DNA of 32,000 nucleotides from Candidatus Heimdallarchaeota archaeon (GCA_030149205.1 JASBSB010000006.1:30001-62000); one strand, 5' to 3'; counted from the first letter of the stretch, positions 1-9,628 are shown. Numbers and translations: made by a program. The notes: generated from the sequence alone by a model not told the origin.

Positions 1-88
1 TTTTTGAGATTGTTCTGTCCAAAAATTGTTTTTTAGACTCAGCAATCATTTTTTCAACATTCGCATCTATTGGGTCTTTCTTAGACAT
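1..88 (-). CDS. Partial CDS (N-terminal 29 codons, runs off the window edge), hypothetical
   Basis: ATG at 88-86 on the minus strand; open to position 1: MSKKDPIDANVEKMIAESKKQFLDRTISK. Too short to assign a family. Confidence 0.45.
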   Translation of the reverse strand, partial: MSKKDPIDANVEKMIAESKKQFLDRTISK

Positions 89-285
89 CAGATTCTATCA
101 AAAAATTGACCTAATAAACTTATGTTCTTTTTTTGAGTATAGTGAAATATATCAAAATTAAATATATCAGTTTATGACTGATTAGTCGTTGATATGTAGT
201 AAAGTCCTCTCAAAGATTACATTTTGAAAGTAAATTATTTGATTCATTCTACGGTGATTGGGTACTACAAATGGTCTCATTCAAC

Positions 286-978
286 TCAGGAACTGGTAGG
301 GATGACTCTAAATACCTTATGATCTTTGTGATATCTATCGATACTAACAGATTTAGAAACTGTAAAGTCCTTGGATTCTAGTATCCGACTCTGTTCCCTG
401 AAAATCTGTTCTGGGGATTTTGTTTGTGATATTGACTTAGATTTTATGGCAATTAATCCCTCACCCTCCAGTAAAAAGGCATTTAAGTTTCTTACAAAAA
501 GTTCGGCTTGGTTGGGTTGAGCCACATCACAGAATACAAAATCCACGCAATCCACCAATTCTGTGTACTCTTCGGGATATCTAGCATCCCGATGAAGTGG
601 GATAATGTTTTCTCTTCTGATAGATAGATTCAAAAGGTCTCTCATAGGAATTGGAGCAAATTCAATTGCGAAAACGATTCCTTCTGTTACAATATCACTG
701 ATGTGAGATACGGTTGTCCCAGAGGATGCGCCAAGATACAACACCTTAGAGTTTCTCTTAAGATTATCAATCGTCATATTTTGGAGAATACTGGCTGCTA
801 CCTTAGATCTTTTGAATGAAAATTCACGAAGCTCTCCAAATTCTGTTTGAAATAATCGCTCTCCATATACAGAGGTACCTTTAATCATATTCTGAGTTGC
901 CAATCTGACACCCAATATTCCTTCAACGGTATAAAGTCCAGCAATTTTTGGGTGTGGTTTAAATCTTTCTTCCATCAT
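286..978 (-). CDS. flpA: Fibrillarin-like rRNA/tRNA 2'-O-methyltransferase (box C/D sRNP catalytic subunit)
   Basis: SVYGE motif, RSKVAA, SAM-binding VLYLGASSGTTVSHISD, AIEF, DVAQPNQA; start overlaps the nop5 stop (ATGA, 975-978). Confidence 0.97.
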   Translation of the reverse strand: MMEERFKPHPKIAGLYTVEGILGVRLATQNMIKGTSVYGERLFQTEFGELREFSFKRSKVAASILQNMTIDNLKRNSKVLYLGASSGTTVSHISDIVTEGIVFAIEFAPIPMRDLLNLSIRRENIIPLHRDARYPEEYTELVDCVDFVFCDVAQPNQAELFVRNLNAFLLEGEGLIAIKSKSISQTKSPEQIFREQSRILESKDFTVSKSVSIDRYHKDHKVFRVIPTSS

Positions 979-2132
979 CTTCTCTGTCTCCTCCTTTTCT
1001 TCCCTTGATTAGATTTGTTCCTTTTGTATGACTGTTTAGACTGCCTAAGGAATCTTTCTGGTGCTTTTGGAAATCTTTCTCTAAGCGTCTTAGAATAATC
1101 AATCAGTCCTTTTCTAATCTCAGTCCCTCTGTTTTCTCCTTTGAAAAAGTCTAATTTTGTCGCAATTGCTATTTTTGCTGAAAAGGCTCTTGCCATCTTA
1201 CCGCGGAGCCAGAAAGGCATGGTTCCCACTTCTGGGATCTGAAAGATTATTCCGTGCTTTGGTGTTTTTCCCCTTGATTTGATTGCCTTGTAAAGTGCCT
1301 TTTCCGCTCCAAGTGTCTGTATTTTTCCAGCAGGAGAAAAAGCGAGTTCTTTCAGACTTCCTGCCTGAGAAATTAATCTAGCCCCAACATTAGTTCCAGC
1401 AACTGCTGAGAGATTTGGAGCTATGTCCACCATTGTTTCACTGATCCAGTTCTCTAACTCAGTCTTTTGTTGGTAGACCCCTACTACCTCATTTGCCAGT
1501 GATTTTAACATAGCATAATCAATGGAGTCGAAATCTGCACCTAGGGATGTTTCTCGTGAATTCAAGATTAATTTTGATATTTCTGAGTCTAATCCTTGAT
1601 CATTTAGAACATTTAAACTCAGTTCAGATTTATCTGGACACGCTGAAATTACTCTAGCCAGAGTATGGGAAGTCCTTATAAAAACAAGAATTTCTGGAAA
1701 ATGTAAGGAATAGATCTCCTGTAACCGGATTCCAAGTTGAATGTAAGATCGCTGAAGTTCATCAACAGTTAACACTGCTTGAGCAATCAATGTGTCTCTT
1801 CCCTGTGAAAACTGTCTTACTGAGTCACGAGAGAGCTCTATGGCTTTTTCTCTCACCAGATCATAATAATCTGCAAGTTCACCAATAAACATAGAATTAT
1901 TGAGTAGAAATTCAAACCGATTATTACGAATCTTCTTCAACACAATATTTGAGAGATCAAGCTTTTTATTGATATGATCAGAGAGAGTCTCATAAACCCA
2001 TCTGTTATCTGTGATAACCTTATCCCACGATGACGAAACCTCAGAGAGAGATGCTTCATCAATCAACTGAATCACATCACCTTCTTCGGTCAATTCTAAG
2101 ACACCAACTATAGTTTTACTTAAGAGAGTCAA
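975..2132 (-). CDS. nop5: Box C/D sRNP scaffold protein Nop5 (Nop56/58 homologue)
   Basis: Nop domain motifs APNLSAVAG, GARLISQAGSL, IQTLGAEKALYKA, TPKHGIIFQ, RGKMARAFSAK; basic C-terminal tail; TTG start; coupled to fibrillarin. Confidence 0.96.
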   Translation of the reverse strand: MTLLSKTIVGVLELTEEGDVIQLIDEASLSEVSSSWDKVITDNRWVYETLSDHINKKLDLSNIVLKKIRNNRFEFLLNNSMFIGELADYYDLVREKAIELSRDSVRQFSQGRDTLIAQAVLTVDELQRSYIQLGIRLQEIYSLHFPEILVFIRTSHTLARVISACPDKSELSLNVLNDQGLDSEISKLILNSRETSLGADFDSIDYAMLKSLANEVVGVYQQKTELENWISETMVDIAPNLSAVAGTNVGARLISQAGSLKELAFSPAGKIQTLGAEKALYKAIKSRGKTPKHGIIFQIPEVGTMPFWLRGKMARAFSAKIAIATKLDFFKGENRGTEIRKGLIDYSKTLRERFPKAPERFLRQSKQSYKRNKSNQGKKRRRQRR

Positions 2133-2274
2133 TAGGTTTTATGGGAGTTAGGGAATATAAAACATAAGCAACTAACATAGAAAAACCAAACATCAACTCC
2201 TATATTTTCAATGATAGTTTGTTGGTGAACACATCTTAACCTTTTAAAGATACAAATCTCTTAATAGTTTGTAC

Positions 2275-2445
2275 ATGACACACGGTAGGTTACAAAACGC
2301 AGGGATTGTTCGTAAGAGAACTCCTAAGCAGGAAAGAAAGTATCCAAACAGAAAGAGTCCCATTCCTAGAATTAGAAATAAGAAGAATTACTACAACAGA
2401 CTTTTCAAAAATAAACCCATTGGACAGGGAAACAAAAGGCGTTAA
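2275..2445 (+). CDS. rps30e: 30S ribosomal protein S30e (eS30), 56 aa; absent from the ORF track
   Basis: Manual translation MTHGRLQNAGIVRKRTPKQERKYPNRKSPIPRIRNKKNYYNRLFKNKPIGQGNKRR matches the eS30 pattern (HG-L--AG-VR--TPK ... PR--N---Y--R); next to nop5/fibrillarin. Confidence 0.9.
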   Translation: MTHGRLQNAGIVRKRTPKQERKYPNRKSPIPRIRNKKNYYNRLFKNKPIGQGNKRR

Positions 2446-2465
2446 TTTACTAAGAGGGTTGCTCT

Positions 2466-4061
2466 CTGTACCTTGAAGAACGAGCCTTAGATGAGAAATC
2501 CGAGAAGGCTTATAAAGAAATTATACAGGATATCCTTAGGTTTAAACCTAACAGGGATGAATTAGAAAAGATTAAGAGACGAGTTTCCATCAAATATCAG
2601 TTGAAGAGATTCCCAAAGAATTCAGACTTACTTGCATTTAGCCCTGATAAGAGGGATGAATTGGTGAGATATTTACAAATTAGAGGAGTAAGATCTGTTT
2701 CTGGTGTAAATGTTATTTCTGTAATGACAGCACCCTTTGAATGTCGTCATGGAGCTTGTATTTATTGTCCAGGTGGCCCAACATGGGGTACTCCTATGAG
2801 TTACACTGGAAGAGAGCCCGCTTCAATGAGAGCTATCCAAAACGGATTTGATCCGGTTTTACAGATACAATCAAGACTAAAACAGTTCGAAGCAACCGGT
2901 CACAACGCTGAAAAAATTGACTTGATAGTCATGGGTGGGACATTTAACAGTACTCCAAAGGAATATCAAGATGAATTTATGATGGGGGTATATGAGGCAC
3001 TAAATGGTGAAAGATCAGAAACTCTTGAAGAAGCAAAGAGAATGAACGAAACAGCCAAACATAGATGTGTGGGGCTAACTTTTGAGACTAAGCCCGATTG
3101 GGCACTACAGCAGCATGTTGTTGAAATGCTAAAATATGGAGTAACAAGAGTTGAAATTGGGGTACAGACATTACAAGAGGATGTTCTTGAATTTGTAAAT
3201 CGGGGGCATGGATTGCAGGAAGTTGAAGATTCATTTAAAGCACTTCGAGATGTTGGTCTTAAAATAACAGCTCACATGATGCCAGGACTACCTAAAACCA
3301 CACCAGACACCGATATCGAGGACTTTCGTAAACTTTACTATGATCCAAGATTTATACCGGATGAAATTAAAATTTATCCCACCCAAGTCATTGAAAACAC
3401 TCCCCTTGCCAAAATGGTAAACGAGGGAACCTACAAGGGTTTAAGCAATGAAGAAACTTTTAGGATAATGTTAGAGGCAAAGAAAATCACACCACCTTTC
3501 GTTAGAATCAAACGAGCACTTCGAGACCTCCCTATCCCTCTCGTTGTATCTGGCCCTACCTGGGGAGATATGAGAAAGAGAATAGAAGAACAAATGGAAC
3601 AACTGGAAGCGGTATGTAAATGTATCAGGTGCCGGGAAATCGGTCAGTTGGCATACAAAGGGAAACCCATACCCAAGCCTGAAGATATCTATCTCAAGAA
3701 CCGTACCTATAAAGCTGGTGGAGGAACAGAACACTTTTTGTCATTTGAAGACAAGAACGATGTGTTAGTAGGATTCTTAAGACTAAGATTTCCTTCAGAA
3801 GATGTTTTTTTGGAATCTCTAAAAGATTCTGCTATCGTTAGAGAAGTTCATGTATATGGGTCTTCTCTCCAACTCGGTGAAGAATCAGGGGATAGCTTTC
3901 AACACAGAGGATATGGAAGAAAATTGGTGGAAGCTGCAGAAAACCTTAGCAGAGATGCTGGGTACAAATTTTTATCAATTATATCTGGGGTAGGTGTACG
4001 CCAGTACTATGAGAAGTTTGGTTATTCATTAAATGAGTTTTATATGACCAAGAAACTCTGA
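2466..4061 (+). CDS. elp3: Elp3-family radical SAM / GNAT tRNA uridine(34) acetyltransferase
   Basis: CRHGACIYCPGG Fe-S motif, SYTGREPA, MGGTF, ETKPD, TRVEIGVQ, KIYPT, GFLRLR, VREVHVYG, FQHRGYG, ISGVGVRQYY. The frame is open from 2454; the track start at 2601 truncates an Elp3-like N-terminus. The start given here (CTG 2466) is uncertain. Confidence 0.95.
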   Translation: MYLEERALDEKSEKAYKEIIQDILRFKPNRDELEKIKRRVSIKYQLKRFPKNSDLLAFSPDKRDELVRYLQIRGVRSVSGVNVISVMTAPFECRHGACIYCPGGPTWGTPMSYTGREPASMRAIQNGFDPVLQIQSRLKQFEATGHNAEKIDLIVMGGTFNSTPKEYQDEFMMGVYEALNGERSETLEEAKRMNETAKHRCVGLTFETKPDWALQQHVVEMLKYGVTRVEIGVQTLQEDVLEFVNRGHGLQEVEDSFKALRDVGLKITAHMMPGLPKTTPDTDIEDFRKLYYDPRFIPDEIKIYPTQVIENTPLAKMVNEGTYKGLSNEETFRIMLEAKKITPPFVRIKRALRDLPIPLVVSGPTWGDMRKRIEEQMEQLEAVCKCIRCREIGQLAYKGKPIPKPEDIYLKNRTYKAGGGTEHFLSFEDKNDVLVGFLRLRFPSEDVFLESLKDSAIVREVHVYGSSLQLGEESGDSFQHRGYGRKLVEAAENLSRDAGYKFLSIISGVGVRQYYEKFGYSLNEFYMTKKL

Positions 4062-4231
4062 ATGTTAGAAACTATGAATTTTTCATCTTGCAAGAATTAT
4101 GGATTGCTGATTCATGTGTATAACCATCAGGTTAGTGATTATATGGAAACTAAGGCATTTCTTTTGCAAAATTTGCTAACAGTTATTGATCAGCGATAAA
4201 CTCACTCTATTCATCTAAAATTGAAATAGTG

Positions 4232-5026
4232 TTAGGCAAATTCTCCTGGTGTTTTGCGCGGTGTGCTTGCTTGAGTCAACAGTGTGATATGTTCTCTTAC
4301 AACAAAGAGCTTGCGATACACTTTATTCCAGTACGACTGAGGGATTGAATGATAAAGGTTGAGAATTTCTTTGGCCAAGATTTCATTTTCATCTGAATTT
4401 ACAAACTCATTCTCCTTCTTGAGGATCTCTTTTTTGAGACTGATTTTTTTAAATTCAGATAAGAGTGAGCTAAGTTCTATCGCCATTGGTCTCAACATTG
4501 TTTCTATCTGAAAACTAACATCGTAGACCATGGAATTAACTGTCCGTTTACCCTTTTTAGGTTTAGTCGGTCTTCTTAACCTTAATACTATCGGGTTCAT
4601 TTTGGCGATTATGTCACCCTCCCAATCTAGATTTCTACTTATCACTTCAAAAAGTGGTCCAAGCCTCAATATAGCCACCTGTTTCTCTAATTCAGATCTA
4701 ATCTTCCAAAAGTGACTAAACCATTCATTGCTAAGATTGGCAAGAACTTCACTGCGTATGATTTTTGAGTGCTCGATAAACCTTTCATATTTTCGTTCAA
4801 ATGTATCACGTTTGATTTCACTCTTTGCCTGATCCTCTAAGCCTTCCCACCTTATCTTGGCATAATTTATTTGAGATTCAATGAATTTTGAAAATCCTGT
4901 GTTAATCTTTTGGATCTCATCCCTTATTAATTTGACCTTACTAAGGTTTATGAACAAATCAAATTGACCTGCCTGTAAATAATATTTATAAGGTAGACTT
5001 GAAGGGTTGCTCACCAGATATCTCAA
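4232..5026 (-). CDS. Hypothetical protein, 264 aa, basic, probably helical
   Basis: Long ORF, co-oriented with its neighbours; no recognised motif. Confidence 0.7.
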   Translation of the reverse strand: MRYLVSNPSSLPYKYYLQAGQFDLFINLSKVKLIRDEIQKINTGFSKFIESQINYAKIRWEGLEDQAKSEIKRDTFERKYERFIEHSKIIRSEVLANLSNEWFSHFWKIRSELEKQVAILRLGPLFEVISRNLDWEGDIIAKMNPIVLRLRRPTKPKKGKRTVNSMVYDVSFQIETMLRPMAIELSSLLSEFKKISLKKEILKKENEFVNSDENEILAKEILNLYHSIPQSYWNKVYRKLFVVREHITLLTQASTPRKTPGEFA

Positions 5027-5069
5027 TTCTAGATTTATTATACACTTTTAAGCCTAGAGATTAATTCGA

Positions 5070-5621
5070 CTAGGCCTTTTCATACGAGAAAGATATCTGC
5101 TTTGCAGTCTGATTTTCCCAATTGGTAAATATCTGTTTAGCCGATATTGCAAGTTTTTTCCAGTTATTCTGGAAGTAATCTACCAACCAAAAGACCTTAG
5201 TTATGGTCTCCTCATTCGATACCATATTATCATCAACCATTATAGTAAAATCGCCTGCGTCCCAATCACTTTTTTGAACAATCTGAATGGATTTTGAGAG
5301 TGTGGATTTCATCCTACTTAATGCATATTTTTCAAATTCATCACTTACATGTAGGTTTAGGTGTATCATGATGCTGTTAACAGTTTTTTCGACCACCACG
5401 TTGTCCTCGACTAACATTTCAACCTCTCCTATCTCACATTCTCTGCAGATAGCACAAGGAAAATTAATTCCCCCTCTTTTTGGACACTCTATTGGTTTTA
5501 AGCTCTGAAATTCCTGTAGATGTAAGATTTCCATTTCAATGAATCTTTCAACTTCCCTTAGTGATAAATCTTTGTTAGTGGAATATAGATATTTCAACAA
5601 TTTTAGGTTGTTTCTGTTCAC
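5070..5621 (-). CDS. Hypothetical protein with a Cys cluster (CPKRGG...C-x2-C-x2-C), possible metal-binding
   Basis: 183-aa ORF containing CPKRGGINFPCAICRECE. The true start may lie downstream of the track start. Confidence 0.65.
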   Translation of the reverse strand: MNRNNLKLLKYLYSTNKDLSLREVERFIEMEILHLQEFQSLKPIECPKRGGINFPCAICRECEIGEVEMLVEDNVVVEKTVNSIMIHLNLHVSDEFEKYALSRMKSTLSKSIQIVQKSDWDAGDFTIMVDDNMVSNEETITKVFWLVDYFQNNWKKLAISAKQIFTNWENQTAKQISFSYEKA

Positions 5622-5696
5622 GTAGTGGTTTTTCTGATGTTTCAGTTACACAATAAAGAAAGTTAGGAAAGGGATTCTCTAATGCCTAATAAATTT

Positions 5697-6305
5697 TTAA
5701 TAGATCTTATGATCCTCTGTGTCCTGTTCTACTCTTTTGTCCTCTAATTCCTTGAAGTAGTCTTTCTCAACTCTTCTTCTATCAGGTACAGCCACGTGTG
5801 CTATCCCTGCTTTAACTCGAGGTTCGATGTGTTTATCCCACATTTCATACATTCTTTCTGGGCTGTAATACAACTGTTCTCTGATATATCCTGCGTCTTC
5901 AAATTGATCTGTATGTCTTATTGCAAATTGTCTGTCACAAGACTCCTCACACAGTCCACATTTCATGCATCTACCAGCAAAATATGCTGGGAACCGGTAT
6001 TCTTTTCCGTCAATATCCCTGGGTTCCATGATGATAACCTTGTTTGGACAGATTCTCTCACATTTTCTGCAACCTGTACAAGCCTCTTCAGAAAGTGCTA
6101 GCAGTCCTCGGTATCTCTCCTGAACATAAGGATGCTGAGAGTGCTTCTCATGAATTGGGTGGTACATATTTGTTGAAGGTACCTTAAAAAATGTCCTTGT
6201 TACAACTTTTATAGGTCTTAGATGAAGAAACCGTAATACCCTGTTTCCGAATCCATCTCTTCTCTCTGGAGTTATTACTTCCATTCTTGATAAAGCATCA
6301 CTCAT
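5697..6305 (-). CDS. nuoI: NuoI/FpoI-like 2x[4Fe-4S] subunit of a complex I-like oxidoreductase
   Basis: ERYRGLLAL, CTGCRKCERICP, YFAGRCMKCGLCEESC, and a C-terminal FE-A...R-QL-Y pattern typical of NuoI. Confidence 0.8.
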   Translation of the reverse strand: MSDALSRMEVITPERRDGFGNRVLRFLHLRPIKVVTRTFFKVPSTNMYHPIHEKHSQHPYVQERYRGLLALSEEACTGCRKCERICPNKVIIMEPRDIDGKEYRFPAYFAGRCMKCGLCEESCDRQFAIRHTDQFEDAGYIREQLYYSPERMYEMWDKHIEPRVKAGIAHVAVPDRRRVEKDYFKELEDKRVEQDTEDHKIY

Positions 6306-6503
6306 GTAATATCAAACTTAACTAGAACTGGTATTATATTAAAATTCCTATAATTGAATTGTACTTTCTCCTGATATCTTTAAATTTTATATTGTTAACC
6401 GATATGATAATGTCAATCTCAAGAAATAATCTATGGATGTTTTGTCTGTTTACTATAATTTAAATGCTTTACAACTTATATAAGGTTAGTAGAGGTTAGG
6501 TCA

Positions 6504-6743
6504 ATGCCAGCTTGCCCAGATTGTGGAGAAATAAAAATGAGAAAACATCCACCCTATTATGTTTGTACTAGGTGTGGATTGAGTTTTAAACCTACAGAGG
6601 TTCAAAAAGCTCAAGATAGAGCTAAACATGATATAGATCAATTCAAAACAAAGAAGCCCACCAGTGAGGAGAAATGGGAAAAGGACAGGAGGAAAAAGCG
6701 CTCATATAGAAACTGGTATGAGGGCTCAACTGATGAAGAATGA
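6504..6743 (+). CDS. Small CPxCG Zn-ribbon protein, 79 aa
   Basis: CPDCG and CTRCG pairs followed by a charged helical tail ending RRKKRSYRNWY; has its own divergent AT-rich upstream region. Confidence 0.75.
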   Translation: MPACPDCGEIKMRKHPPYYVCTRCGLSFKPTEVQKAQDRAKHDIDQFKTKKPTSEEKWEKDRRKKRSYRNWYEGSTDEE

Positions 6744-6766
6744 TCTAAACCTCAAAAATTTAAACA

Positions 6767-7546
6767 TTAAATATTAGAATCTAAAAATCCCTGTTCTCGA
6801 GCAGCTTCAATTCTTCGTTTTTCGACTTTTGCAAGCCATTTACCACCAAACTTGTTTCTGAGGTGGTCTGACCAAGAATAGTTGGAGGGTCTCTCACCAT
6901 ATTTTTGGTAGTAGCCTTCCTTTACTAAGGCTTGACTCATCTTGCTAATGCCTGCATTTAATTCTTCATCTGAGGGAGTTGTATATTGGTCAACAAAATT
7001 AACCAGATTCATTGGTAGTCTTGGTCGTACTGGGGGATATTCCAATCCCTTCCCAATAGCTAGTCCAGTTAGAGGTAATACATGATCAGGGAGGTCAAGT
7101 GCTTCTATCATTTTCTTAGGCTGGTCGCCACAAGAGCCACAGAAACAAACATCAAACCCCATAGCCTCAGCAGCCAACACCATATTTTGAGCCATTAATC
7201 CAGCATCAAAGGTACCAATGAGAATAGATGCAAAATCCCAATTTGGATTCTCACCACCTGAGAGTTCAACTAACCTTCTAAGTCTGTTCAGGTCAAGACA
7301 TATTACACAAAAGTAACTCGCATCTTTAACAAATTGCTGGTCTCCACAAAGTGGAGCTATTTCTTCTCTTCTAGATCTGGTGATCTCTATAATTGTATAC
7401 ATTTGTCCTGTACAAGAAGTTGACGCCTGCTGCCCAGCAGCTATTATTGACCTAATTTTTTCGGAATCAATTGTTATATTAGGATCAAATTTTCTAACTG
7501 ACCTATGTGCATGAATCGTTTTTAAAACAGGTAATTCAGAATCCAT
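6767..7546 (-). CDS. NfsA/Frp-like FMN-dependent nitroreductase / flavin reductase
   Basis: HRSVRKF, QASTS, DAGLMAQNMVLAAEAMG, LDLPDHVLPLTGLAIG, RPRLP. Confidence 0.9.
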   Translation of the reverse strand: MDSELPVLKTIHAHRSVRKFDPNITIDSEKIRSIIAAGQQASTSCTGQMYTIIEITRSRREEIAPLCGDQQFVKDASYFCVICLDLNRLRRLVELSGGENPNWDFASILIGTFDAGLMAQNMVLAAEAMGFDVCFCGSCGDQPKKMIEALDLPDHVLPLTGLAIGKGLEYPPVRPRLPMNLVNFVDQYTTPSDEELNAGISKMSQALVKEGYYQKYGERPSNYSWSDHLRNKFGGKWLAKVEKRRIEAAREQGFLDSNI

Positions 7547-7675
7547 ACAATGTGCTGATGTTCATAAATTTATATCTAACTGATGCTCCCACTCTCCACA
7601 GTTAAATTTAAATGGAAGTTTGATTAAAAACATTAAAATTTAGCATCTGCTAATTCATTGGGATTGTATAAGAGG

Positions 7676-8284
7676 TTAATGGTGGTTCGACAAAAACTGA
7701 ATAATCTCATCAAACCCTTTTTTTATCAATGAGTAGTCCATAGTTGGTGATTTACCATTTAACGATTGAACTGGAAGTAACGGGACATGAACAAACCCCG
7801 CAGGGATTTTCGAACCCAGATGATTTAGATAACTCATCGCTTCATAAAAAATCTGATTACAGCCATATGAACCAGCAGAATAAGATATTTCAGCAGGAAT
7901 TCCTTTCTTATGAAGGTATTCTTTGAGAGGATGCAAGGGTAAAGATGAGAAAAAGGCTTTGTCTCCTCCTGAATTTAGCTCTTGAGCATTAACAATTGAA
8001 CCACAGTTATAGGGTGTGTTTCCACTATCAACCCAATTTATTGCTACTTTTTCAAGGGAAATTACAGATCTTCCAGCTTGTCCAGACATCAACAGGACAT
8101 CAGGATTATGCTCATCTATGAGTTCCCTGATTTGTTCCCTGATTTCCATATAATTTAGCTTAATTACTCTGCCTACTACTTCTGTGTTTATTAACTTAAC
8201 ATTATTGAGATCGTTTGCTAATAATTCTGTGGGGTTTACAGAATATTTTCCAAATTTTTCAAATCCTGTCAAGAGTATTTTCAT
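7676..8284 (-). CDS. pcp: Pyroglutamyl-peptidase I (peptidase C15)
   Basis: ILLTGFEKFG--VNPT; catalytic Glu (LEKVAIN), Cys (AGSYGCN) and His (GFVHVP). Confidence 0.95.
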   Translation of the reverse strand: MKILLTGFEKFGKYSVNPTELLANDLNNVKLINTEVVGRVIKLNYMEIREQIRELIDEHNPDVLLMSGQAGRSVISLEKVAINWVDSGNTPYNCGSIVNAQELNSGGDKAFFSSLPLHPLKEYLHKKGIPAEISYSAGSYGCNQIFYEAMSYLNHLGSKIPAGFVHVPLLPVQSLNGKSPTMDYSLIKKGFDEIIQFLSNHH

Positions 8285-8425
8285 AAAATAATAATCAAGA
8301 AGAGGTTCTTAAATCATTGGAATTAAGTAATATTCTGACCAATTTGAATTTTTTACATGTTGTGGGCTTATCAAAATGACGTCAATTGCTACAAGGGTTT
8401 AAAACACAACAGTACAATCAGACTC

Positions 8426-9628
8426 ATGAAATATGCATTCACAGGAGCAAACATCCATACTATAACTGGAGGAAAAATTGAAGGTGGTACCTTACTTGTC
8501 GAAGATAACCTCATTGTTGATGTAGGTTCAAACCTTCCAACAGAGGGTTATACTATTATCGATTGTGCTGGAAAACATATAACACCAGGGTTTATTGATG
8601 CTCATTCACATGTGGGATTATTCGAGGAAGGTGCGGGTCCTGGACCAGCTAATTCAGACGGAAATGAGATGACTGCCCCAATTACACCTTTTTTAAGGTC
8701 AATGGACGCGATATTTCCAGAAGACATTGGATTTGATGACGCTCGTAAAGGAGGTGTCACGACCATGGGGATAACCCCAGGTTCAGGTAACCTGATAGGA
8801 GGTCAATTTTGTGTGGTTAAATCTTATGGTAAAATAGTCGATGAGATGGTGATTCGACAACCAGCAGGAATAAAGATGGCATTAGGAGAAAATGCAAAAC
8901 GTGTTGGAGTTAACAATAACCGTGCACCAAACACAAGAATGGGAAATGCACACTTAATCAGAGAGGCATTTTACAAGGCTATTGACTATCAAGGTAAATG
9001 GCAAAATTACCAAGAAAAACTTAAGAAGCAGGAACTTTCTGAAGAAGATAACAAACCGTTGGATAAACCAGATTATGACTTAGGAAATGAAATTTTGTTA
9101 CAGGTGTTATCTCGTCAGATCCCCGTTAGATGCCATTCACATCGATCAGATGATATCAGAACAGCTATCAGACTCTCAGAAGAATTTGGCTTCATATTGG
9201 TTATTGATCATGCAACCGAATCACATAAAATCAAAGAGGTTATCAAGGACAGAGACATCCCTGTAGTTGTTGGTCCCCTTCTTACAAGCCGCTCAAAGAG
9301 GGAACTCAGAGATAGAACTCTGAAAACACCAGGAATTATGATGGAAGAGGGAGTAAGAGTTTGTATAACCACAGATGCACCCGTCATCCCAATTTTTGGA
9401 TTAAGAGATACTGTTATAATGGCTATTCGAGAGGGACTTCCAGAGGAAAGAGCCTTGGAAACAATCACAATAAATCCAGCCAAGGTTCTAAATGTTGATA
9501 ACAGAGTGGGTTCTTTAGAAAAGGGAAAAGACGCCGATTTTCTTATCTTTAGTGGAGACCCATTAGATGCAAGGTCTTATGTTGAAAAAACATTTATAGA
9601 CGGACGAAATGTATACTCACTAAATTAG
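8426..9628 (+). CDS. Metal-dependent amidohydrolase (imidazolonepropionase-like superfamily)
   Basis: PGFIDAHSH, KMALGEN, CHSHRSDD, DHATE, TTDAP, TINPAKVL, GSLEKGKDAD. ATG 8426 (MKYAF) is preferred over the track start at 8357. Confidence 0.9.
   Translation: MKYAFTGANIHTITGGKIEGGTLLVEDNLIVDVGSNLPTEGYTIIDCAGKHITPGFIDAHSHVGLFEEGAGPGPANSDGNEMTAPITPFLRSMDAIFPEDIGFDDARKGGVTTMGITPGSGNLIGGQFCVVKSYGKIVDEMVIRQPAGIKMALGENAKRVGVNNNRAPNTRMGNAHLIREAFYKAIDYQGKWQNYQEKLKKQELSEEDNKPLDKPDYDLGNEILLQVLSRQIPVRCHSHRSDDIRTAIRLSEEFGFILVIDHATESHKIKEVIKDRDIPVVVGPLLTSRSKRELRDRTLKTPGIMMEEGVRVCITTDAPVIPIFGLRDTVIMAIREGLPEERALETITINPAKVLNVDNRVGSLEKGKDADFLIFSGDPLDARSYVEKTFIDGRNVYSLN

Noticed and set aside
89-285. Possible box C/D guide RNA downstream of fibrillarin
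   Set aside because: No RTGATGA...CTGA pair with suitable spacing was seen on either strand.
4062-4199. 45-codon ORF starting right after the elp3 stop (TGA-ATG)
   Set aside because: No motif or composition signal to support it; a similar 32-codon ORF follows fibrillarin. Not called without homology or expression data.
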